Shown here piece after piece: positions 15,758 through 22,482 of a stretch of DNA of 27,568 nt. How positions within the stretch are numbered: position 1 is the first letter of the stretch; every line of letters begins with the position of its first letter. The position numbers and the translations under genes were made by a program. Under the pieces are notes generated by a model that was given only the letters and a program-made list of their open reading frames with translations, was not told the origin of the DNA and ran no database searches. This stretch comes from Thermoanaerobaculia bacterium (GTDB lineage Bacteria; Acidobacteriota; Thermoanaerobaculia; UBA5066; Gp7-AA6), in contig DATNMZ010000493.1 of assembly GCA_035602095.1 (NCBI GenBank), positions 1-27,568 on the forward strand, written 5' to 3'.

Positions 15758-17092
15758 TCACCGGGCTCCGGACGCGGCGAAGGATTCGCGGAGGATCGCG
15801 AGGGACTCCTGGATGTCCGGCGCGGTCACCGTCAGCGCGGGCGCGATGCGGAAGACGTTTCCGTAGAGCCCGCCCTTCCCGATCAGAAGCCCGCGCTGCC
15901 GCGCTTCCTCGAAAACGCGATTCGTCATCACCGGATCGGGCGTCCGGTCGCCTGCCGTCTCGTCGGAGACGAGCTCGATCGCCTGCATGAGTCCCATCCC
16001 GCGCACGTCGCCGATCGAGCGAGGGAAGCGCGCCTTCAGGTCCTCGAGCCCGGAGCGGAGCAATGCGCCCATGCGCGCCGCATTGCCGGGCAGGTCTTCT
16101 TCTTCGATGATCTGAAGAGTGGCGTTCGCCGCCGCGGTCGATACGGGGTTTCCTCCGAACGTCGAGATCGTGAGCGCCTTCAACGCCGACGCAATCTCCG
16201 GCGTGGCAATGGTGATCCCGAGAGGGAGCCCGTTTGCGATTCCTTTTGCCGCCGTCAGAATGTCGGGCTCGACGCCGTAGTGCTCGATGCCCCACATCTT
16301 TCCGCCCGTCCGGCCGAAGCCCGTCTGGACCTCATCGCAGATGAAGAGGCCGCCGAACTTCCGAATGATTCCGACGGCGATCTCGAAGTACTCGAGGGGA
16401 GGCGTGATGAATCCGCCGACTCCCTGGATCGGCTCGGCGAGGAACCCGGCGATGCGGCCCGTCGTCGTCGTTCGGATGAGCTCCTCGATGTCCTTCGCGC
16501 AGGCGACCCCGCACGACGGGTAGGTCAGGTGAAGCGGGCACCGATAGCAGTACGGCGACACCGCGTGCTTCACGCCGGCGATCTGGGAGGGAAGCGCGCG
16601 CCAGGTGGAGTGGCCCGTTAGCGACTGCGCGAGCGTCGAGCGGCCGGAATAGCCGTGGCGCAGCGCGATGATCTCCGTCGAGCCGGTCGCGAGCTCGGCC
16701 ATCATGACGCCGGTCTCGTCGGCCTCGGTGCCGGAGGCGGTGAAACAGGTCTGCTTCAGATTTCCCGGCGTGAGGCGCGCGAGCCGCTCGGCGAGCTCGA
16801 CGACGGGCAGCGTCGGGTACAGCGTCGAAACGTGCGAGAGCCGGTCGAGTTGCGCGCGCACGGCCGCGTTGACGCGGTCGTCGGCATGACCGATCGAGAC
16901 CGTCAGGATCCCGCCGAAAAAGTCGAGATATTCGTTTCCATCGGCGTCCCGGATCCGGAGGCCCTTGCCCTCGGTCAGGACGATCGGCTCCTTGTAGTAC
17001 TGGAGAGTCGCGGGAAAGAGAAACTCCTTGTGTTTCTCGCGGACCGAGCGCGTCAGCTCCGACGTCGGCGCCTGGGTCTTGGTGGTGCTCAT
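15758..17092 (-). CDS. Class III PLP aminotransferase, AGXT2/PYD4-like (probable beta-alanine / beta-aminoisobutyrate aminotransferase)
   Basis: YLDFFGGILTVSIGH, AEPIQGVGG, FICDEVQTGFGRTG, AKGIANG (PLP Lys), STFGGNP; SD GGAGGAG; sits between dihydropyrimidinase and xdh. Confidence 0.8.
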   Translation of the reverse strand: MSTTKTQAPTSELTRSVREKHKEFLFPATLQYYKEPIVLTEGKGLRIRDADGNEYLDFFGGILTVSIGHADDRVNAAVRAQLDRLSHVSTLYPTLPVVELAERLARLTPGNLKQTCFTASGTEADETGVMMAELATGSTEIIALRHGYSGRSTLAQSLTGHSTWRALPSQIAGVKHAVSPYCYRCPLHLTYPSCGVACAKDIEELIRTTTTGRIAGFLAEPIQGVGGFITPPLEYFEIAVGIIRKFGGLFICDEVQTGFGRTGGKMWGIEHYGVEPDILTAAKGIANGLPLGITIATPEIASALKALTISTFGGNPVSTAAANATLQIIEEEDLPGNAARMGALLRSGLEDLKARFPRSIGDVRGMGLMQAIELVSDETAGDRTPDPVMTNRVFEEARQRGLLIGKGGLYGNVFRIAPALTVTAPDIQESLAILRESFAASGAR

Positions 17093-17108
17093 GCTCTCTC
17101 CTCCGCGA

Positions 17109-18488
17109 TTACGATCGGGGACTGCGTTTCAAGAACGAGCCGGCTCCGGCCCGTCCGGTGAATTTGCCGTTTTCGACGATCACCCGGCCGCGCGAAAGCA
17201 CCGTCTCCGCCGCTCCGGTGACCGACCGGCCTTCGTACGGGTTGTAGTCCACCTTCATGTGGAGCGTCCGGGCGGAGAGAGTCACTTTTTTCTCCGGGTC
17301 GAAGATGACGAGATCGGCGTCCGAGCCCGGGGCCACCGTGCCCTTGCGCGGAAAGAGGCCGAAGATCTTCGCAGGTGCGGTGGACGTCAGCTCCACGAAC
17401 CGGTGGATGGAGATCCGGCCGGTGCGCACGCCGCCGTCCCAGACGAGGCTCATGCGGGTCTCGATGCCGGGCGCTCCGTTGGGGATCTTCGAGAAATCGT
17501 CGGCTCCGAGCTCCTTCTGGCCGCGCATACAGAACGGGCAATGGTCGGTCGAAATGGCCTGCAGGTCGTTTCCGGCGAGGCCGCGCCAGAGGCGCTCTTC
17601 GTTGCCGGCCGCGCGCAGGGGCGGGCTCATGACGTACTTTGCGCCCGCGAACCCCGGCTCCTCGTAGTTCGCGTAGGAGAGAAAGAGGTACTGGGGGCAG
17701 GTCTCCGCGTACGCGGGGAGGCCGCGGTCCCGCGCCTCGGTCACCATTTCGAGCGCTTCCGCCGCCGAGAGGTGCACGATGTAGATCGGCACGCCGGCGA
17801 TCTCCGCGAGCGCGATCGCCCGGTGGGTCGCCTCCGCTTCGGCGCGCGCCGGCCGCGTCAGGGCGTGGTATTTCGGCGCCCGCTCTCCGCGGGCGAGAGC
17901 CTTCTGGACGAGCACGTCGATCACGCCGCCATTCTCGGCGTGCATGCAGATCGTGCCGCCGTTCTCCCGCGTTCGAAGCAGCGCCCGGAAGATCGAGGCG
18001 TCGTCGAGCATGAAGACGCCCGGGTACGCCATGAAAAGCTTGAAAGAGGAGATGCCCTCGCGGACCAGGGCGTCCATCTCGTCCTCGACGCTGCCGTCGA
18101 GCTCGGTGACGATCATGTGAAACCCGTAGTCGATCGCCGCCTTGCCCTCCGCCTTCTTCATCCAGGCGTCCCGGGCGTGGCGGAGCGTCTGCCCGCGGTA
18201 CTGGATCGCGAAATCGACGACGGCGGTCGTTCCCCCGTGCGCCGCGGCGATCGTGCCGGACTCGAAGTCATCCGCCGACGTCGTTCCTCCGAAAGGCATG
18301 TCGAGGTGTGTATGGACGTCGATCCCGCCGGGGAGCACGTACCGCCCCGCGGCGTCGATGGTGCGGTCGGCCTCCATCGAGAGCGAGGTGCCGATGCACG
18401 CGATCTTTTCGTTTTCGATGAGGACGTCCCCCCGGTACAGGTCCGAGGCGGTCGCGATGGTCCCGTTGCGGATGAGCGTCTTCGTCAT
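17109..18488 (-). CDS. hydA: Dihydropyrimidinase / D-hydantoinase
   Basis: PGGIDVHTHLDMPFGGT, SFKLFMAY, MHAENG, YIVHLS, AETCPQYL, YVMSPPLR, STDHCPF, IPNGAPGIE. Confidence 0.95.
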   Translation of the reverse strand: MTKTLIRNGTIATASDLYRGDVLIENEKIACIGTSLSMEADRTIDAAGRYVLPGGIDVHTHLDMPFGGTTSADDFESGTIAAAHGGTTAVVDFAIQYRGQTLRHARDAWMKKAEGKAAIDYGFHMIVTELDGSVEDEMDALVREGISSFKLFMAYPGVFMLDDASIFRALLRTRENGGTICMHAENGGVIDVLVQKALARGERAPKYHALTRPARAEAEATHRAIALAEIAGVPIYIVHLSAAEALEMVTEARDRGLPAYAETCPQYLFLSYANYEEPGFAGAKYVMSPPLRAAGNEERLWRGLAGNDLQAISTDHCPFCMRGQKELGADDFSKIPNGAPGIETRMSLVWDGGVRTGRISIHRFVELTSTAPAKIFGLFPRKGTVAPGSDADLVIFDPEKKVTLSARTLHMKVDYNPYEGRSVTGAAETVLSRGRVIVENGKFTGRAGAGSFLKRSPRS

Positions 18489-18493
18489 TGCTC

Positions 18494-19363
18494 TTACACG
18501 AGCTGGGCCATCGCCTCGTACGTTTCGGGCCGCCGGTCCCGGTAGAACTGCCAGATGCGCCGGACTTCCTCGATCTGGTCGAGGTCCATCTCGGCCGTGA
18601 TCAGCTCATCTTTGTCTTCCGACCCGACCGCCAGGAAATTGCCTCGCGGATCGACGAAATAGGAAGAGCCGTAGAACCTGCCGATGTTCCAGGGCGCCTC
18701 CGTCCCGACCCGGTTGCTGCAGGCCATGAAGTATCCGTTCGCGACGGCGTGCGCGGGCTGTTCGAGCTTCCAGAGATACTGCGAAAGCCCGGCGACCGTG
18801 GCCGACGGATTGAAGACGATTTCCGCGCCGTTCAACCCCAGGAGCCGCGCCCCCTCGGGGAAGTGCCGGTCGTAGCAGATGTACACGCCAACTTTCGCGT
18901 AGCGGGTCGCAAAGACGGGGTAGCCGAGGTTGCCCGGCTTGAAGAAATACTTTTCCCAGAAGCCCGACGTGTGCGGAATGTGGTTCTTGCGGTACTTGCC
19001 GAGGTACGAGCCGTCCGCGTCGTACACGGCCGCGGTGTTGTAGTAGACGCCCGCCTGTTCGCGCTCGTAGACGGGGATCACCATCGCCATGCGGTACTTT
19101 TTCGCGTACTGCGCGAGCCGCTGCGTGGTCGGGCCCGGAACGGGCTCCGCCATGTCGTACCAGCGCGCGTCCTGGCTGGGGCAGAAGTACGGGCCGTTGA
19201 AGACCTCCTGGAGCCCCAGAACCTGGACGCCCCTCTTCCCGGCTTCTTCGATGAACGGAATGTGCGCCTCGATCGCCGCCTCGGAGATCTTCTCGACGGG
19301 CGCCGAAGCGTCGGAGATCGGATTCGCGCACTGGATCAGCCCGCCGAGAAGCTTACGAGGCAT
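18494..19363 (-). CDS. Nitrilase-superfamily beta-ureidopropionase (beta-alanine synthase, PydC-like)
   Basis: Glu-Lys-Cys triad in LQEVFNGPYFC, YRKNHIP, ICYDRHFPE. Position next to dihydropyrimidinase favours ureidopropionase over N-carbamoylputrescine amidase, which typically has CWDQWFPE. Confidence 0.85.
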   Translation of the reverse strand: MPRKLLGGLIQCANPISDASAPVEKISEAAIEAHIPFIEEAGKRGVQVLGLQEVFNGPYFCPSQDARWYDMAEPVPGPTTQRLAQYAKKYRMAMVIPVYEREQAGVYYNTAAVYDADGSYLGKYRKNHIPHTSGFWEKYFFKPGNLGYPVFATRYAKVGVYICYDRHFPEGARLLGLNGAEIVFNPSATVAGLSQYLWKLEQPAHAVANGYFMACSNRVGTEAPWNIGRFYGSSYFVDPRGNFLAVGSEDKDELITAEMDLDQIEEVRRIWQFYRDRRPETYEAMAQLV

Positions 19364-19393
19364 TGGAATGTCCTCCGTCCGGTCGCCGGTTCG

Positions 19394-20899
19394 TCAGAAC
19401 CATCGCGAGATGACCACCTTCTTGTCGGTGTAGAACTCGAAGGCGTCCCTCCCGTGCACTTTGAGGTCTCCGAAAAAGCTGTCCTTCGCGCCGCCGAACG
19501 GGAAGTAGGCCATCGGCGCCGCCACACCGATGTTCACTCCCACCATCGAAGCGGAGGCGTGCCGGGCGAACTCGCGCGCCGCCTTTCCGCTCGACGTGAA
19601 GATGGACGTGGCGTTCGCGTTCGGGTGCGCATGCATCAGCGCGATCGCTTCGTCGAGTGTCTTCACCGGCGTGATCGAAGCGACCGGTCCGAAGATCTCT
19701 TCGCGGCCGATCGCCATTTCCGGCGAAACGTCGTCGAAGATCGTGGGGCCGAGGAAGAACCCCTGCTCGCGCCCGGGGACGTTCACGCGCCGGCCATCGA
19801 CGACGAGCTTCGCTCCCTCGGCGACGCCTTTCTCGATGTATCCGACGACCTTCTCGCGGTGGCGGCCGCTGATGACCGGGCCCATGTCGACGCCGGGCTC
19901 TGCGCCATCGCCGACCTTGAGCGCCCGCACCGACTCCGCGAGCCTGTCGCGGGCCGTCGCGTGCGCCTCGCCGACCGGAACGAGGACGCTTCCGGCGAGG
20001 CAGCGCTCGCCGGCGCAACCGTAGAAGGACTCGGAGATGACCGGCACGGCGCGGTCCCAGTTGGCGTCCGGCATCACCACGACGAAGTTCTTCGCTCCCC
20101 CGAGGGCCTGAACGCGTTTTCCGGCGTGCGTCGCCCGGCGGTAGACCGCGCGGGCCACGGGCGTCGATCCGACGAAGGACACGGCGGCGATTCCGGGATG
20201 GTCGCAGATCGCTTCGACGACTTCGCGGCCGCCGTTGACCAGGTTCACGACCCCCGCGGGCAGCCCGCACTTCTCGAGCAGCTCGATCATCCGCTTCTGC
20301 GAAAGGGGCACCTGCTCCGAGGGCTTGACGATGAAGACGTTGCCCGTCGCGATCGCGAACGGGATGAACCACAGCGGCACCATCGCGGGAAAGTTGAAAG
20401 GCGCGATGGCGGCGCAGACGCCGACCGGCTGCCGGATGACCTGGCAGTCGATTCCGGAAGAGATGTTCTCGAGCCCGTATCCCATCGAGAGGGACGGCGT
20501 TCCGCACGCGACTTCTACGCACTCGATTCCGCGCCGGACGCTGCCGCGGGACTCGTCGAGCGTCTTGCCATGCTCGGTCGTGACGATCCGCGCGAGCTCC
20601 TCGAAATGCTCCTCGAGCTCGACCTTGAACCGGAAGAGCACCTGGGCGCGGGTCACGGCCGGCGTGTCCCGCCAGGCGGGAAACGCCTGGCGCGCGGCGG
20701 CGACGGCCTGGTCCACCTCGGCGGCCGAGGAGAGAGGCGCGCGGGCGATCACCTCCCCGCGCGCCGGGTTGGTCACGTCCTGGAATTTGGCGGCGCTCGA
20801 GGCGACCCAGCGGCCGCCGATGAAGTTCGGAAGAACGGGCGCGCCGCCGGAAGCGCCGGAACGGGCGGACCTGCCTTCCGAAATCGCGGTACCGGACAT
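19394..20899 (-). CDS. mmsA: CoA-acylating (methyl)malonate-semialdehyde dehydrogenase
   Basis: ATG 20899 after strong SD AAAGGAGG; APFNFPAMVPLW, KPSEQVP, SFVGSTPVA, LGGAKNF, GCAGERCLA, EEIFGPV, FPFGGAKDSFFGD. Confidence 0.93.
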   Translation of the reverse strand: MSGTAISEGRSARSGASGGAPVLPNFIGGRWVASSAAKFQDVTNPARGEVIARAPLSSAAEVDQAVAAARQAFPAWRDTPAVTRAQVLFRFKVELEEHFEELARIVTTEHGKTLDESRGSVRRGIECVEVACGTPSLSMGYGLENISSGIDCQVIRQPVGVCAAIAPFNFPAMVPLWFIPFAIATGNVFIVKPSEQVPLSQKRMIELLEKCGLPAGVVNLVNGGREVVEAICDHPGIAAVSFVGSTPVARAVYRRATHAGKRVQALGGAKNFVVVMPDANWDRAVPVISESFYGCAGERCLAGSVLVPVGEAHATARDRLAESVRALKVGDGAEPGVDMGPVISGRHREKVVGYIEKGVAEGAKLVVDGRRVNVPGREQGFFLGPTIFDDVSPEMAIGREEIFGPVASITPVKTLDEAIALMHAHPNANATSIFTSSGKAAREFARHASASMVGVNIGVAAPMAYFPFGGAKDSFFGDLKVHGRDAFEFYTDKKVVISRWF

Positions 20900-20938
20900 C
20901 GCGACCTCCTTTGGGGGAATGGGAAGAATATCGCGGTC

Positions 20939-21026
20939 CACGTCGCTGCGCGCTGCGCGGGGGATCTGGCTTCGCCACCGGCCACGTCGCTACGCCCTGC
21001 GCGGGGGATCTGGCTTCGCCACCGGC
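20939..21026. repeat. Tandem duplication of a 44-bp unit
   Basis: 20939-20982 and 20983-21026: CACGTCGCT(G/A)CGC(G/C)CTGCGCGGGGGATCTGGCTTCGCCACCGGC, two mismatches. Confidence 0.9.
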
Positions 21027-21145
21027 GAGCGGCTCGCGCGGATGCGCGCTCGACCGCTCGCCTGATCCCCCGCTCCGCGCTCCGCTCCCGCACCGCAAGG
21101 CTCCTCCCTCCCTTTGGTCGGGAGACTCCTCGCGGTGCGAGCGGA
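21001..21145. other. Double-hairpin structured element (REP/MITE-like or ncRNA) in the mmsA-preA intergenic region
   Basis: GCGGGGGATC (21001-10) pairs with GATCCCCCGC (21064-73) and encloses GGCGAGCGG/CCGCTCGCC (21024-32/21054-62) and CGCGC-GGAT-GCGCG. A second hairpin TCCGCTC..CGCACCGC (21081-96) / GCGGTGCGAGCGGA (21132-45) encloses CTCCC-TTTGGTC-GGGAG. Confidence 0.55.
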
Positions 21146-21312
21146 TGGACCTGCGTCGCGGAATACCGGCGTCGTGGTTCCCGTCGGGGCGTAGGGTGGG
21201 GGCTTGTGCCGTCCCGCTTCCGTCCGGCCGTCACAGGACACGCGTCCGCGCGAGCCGCCCGCCGTGCGCCGCACGCAGATTCCACCGTAAGCGAAGCCGA
21301 CGGAAAGCGACG

Positions 21313-21318
21313 TACAAT
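21313..21318 (+). promoter_or_regulatory. Candidate -10 element (TACAAT) for preA-like gene
   Basis: TACAAT ends 24 nt before ATG 21343, with SD GGAGG in between; no convincing -35. Confidence 0.4.
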
Positions 21319-21342
21319 TTAGGGTTTCCACCCGGAGGTGCC

Positions 21343-22482
21343 ATGGCCGCCGATCTCTCGGTCACGTTCACAGGGATCCGGTTCGACAACCCCTTTTTGC
21401 TCTCCTCCGCGCCGCCGACCGAATCGGAGGCCAACATCCTCCGGGCGTTCGAAGCGGGATGGGGCGGAGTGGTCACCAAGACGATCGGGCTTCACCCCGT
21501 GGTCAATGTCCGCGGCCCCAAGACGATGTTCCTTCGCGCGGATGTCGAGAATCCCGCCCTCTCCATGCGCAAGAGGCCGGGGACGGCCCTGCACTCCTCC
21601 TGGAACTGGGAGCTCATCTCCGACAAGACGCTCGACTGGTGGGCTCCACGGATCGGCCGGATCAAGAAGGCGTACCCGAACAAGGTCCTCGTCGCATCGA
21701 TCATGGCCGGGTCGGGCAGCGATTCGGAGCTCGCCCACTGGCAGACCCTCGCCCGCGTCTGCCAGGACGAGGGGGCGGACGCCCTCGAGCTGAACCTCTC
21801 CTGCCCGCACATGGACCGCCAGGACATGGGATCGAACATCGGAAAAGACCGCGATCTCATCTCCGTCGTCGCACAGGTCGTTCGAGAAGTCGCGCGGGTG
21901 CCCATCTGGGCGAAATTGACGCCGTCCACGACGGACATCGTCCTCGAGGCGCGCGCGGCCTTCCTGGGCGGCGCGGACGCGATCTCCTCCTCGAACACGT
22001 TCACCTCTCTCCCGCTCGTCGATCCTGAGACCCTGGAATTCGAGGTGAACGTCGACGGCCTGGTCTCGACCGGCGGGTTGGGCGGTCCGGCGATCCTGCC
22101 GCTCTCGCTCGCCAAGATGGCGCAGATGACGCAGGCCCTTCCGGAGCGGAGCTTCTCCGGAATCGGCGGAATTGCCACGTTCGCGCACGCTCTGAACTAT
22201 TTCCTCCTCGGGTGCGGAACCGTCCAGGTCTGCACGGCGGCGATGCTCGATCGGGCCGTCGGCCCCAACGTGATCCGCAGCCTCGTCCGGGACATGTCCG
22301 AGTTCCTGGAGAAGAGGAAGGACCGCGGCTGGAAGAGCCTCGAGGACTTCCGCGGGCTCTCCCGGAATCGGGTCGTGGCGCAGTCGCAGATCGCGAGGCC
22401 GGACGCTGCGGGTTACCACGGAGGGCGTGAGGCGGCGGAAGGTTACGCGGATCCGGCGGAAGCGCACGCCTCGGTGGAGTGA
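21343..22482 (+). CDS. preA: Dihydropyrimidine dehydrogenase FMN subunit (PreA/PYD1-like), lacking the C-terminal ferredoxin domain
   Basis: ATG after GGAGG (379 aa). FDNPFLLSSAPP, GWGGVVTKT, NWELISD, ELNLSCPH (catalytic Cys), WAKLTP, SNT, SGIGGI, VQVCTAAM. No CxxCxxC motif anywhere. Confidence 0.82.
   Translation: MAADLSVTFTGIRFDNPFLLSSAPPTESEANILRAFEAGWGGVVTKTIGLHPVVNVRGPKTMFLRADVENPALSMRKRPGTALHSSWNWELISDKTLDWWAPRIGRIKKAYPNKVLVASIMAGSGSDSELAHWQTLARVCQDEGADALELNLSCPHMDRQDMGSNIGKDRDLISVVAQVVREVARVPIWAKLTPSTTDIVLEARAAFLGGADAISSSNTFTSLPLVDPETLEFEVNVDGLVSTGGLGGPAILPLSLAKMAQMTQALPERSFSGIGGIATFAHALNYFLLGCGTVQVCTAAMLDRAVGPNVIRSLVRDMSEFLEKRKDRGWKSLEDFRGLSRNRVVAQSQIARPDAAGYHGGREAAEGYADPAEAHASVE

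Noticed and set aside
20939-21026. Possible CRISPR array
   Set aside because: The two 44-bp units abut with no spacer, there are only two copies, and no cas genes are present.
18488-21322. 944-aa + strand ORF and other long antisense or off-frame ORFs (e.g. 635..1846, 3294..4802, 5031..6578, 13695..15866, 22443..24788, 25198..26817)
   Set aside because: They lie opposite or off-frame to motif-bearing genes, are Arg/Pro/Gly-rich and motif-free. Long stop-free shadows are expected at this GC content.
21343-22482. Biosynthetic dihydroorotate dehydrogenase (pyrD)
   Set aside because: ELISD/NLSCPH motifs and the position beside hydA and ureidopropionase fit DPD; no pyr biosynthesis genes or pyrK nearby.
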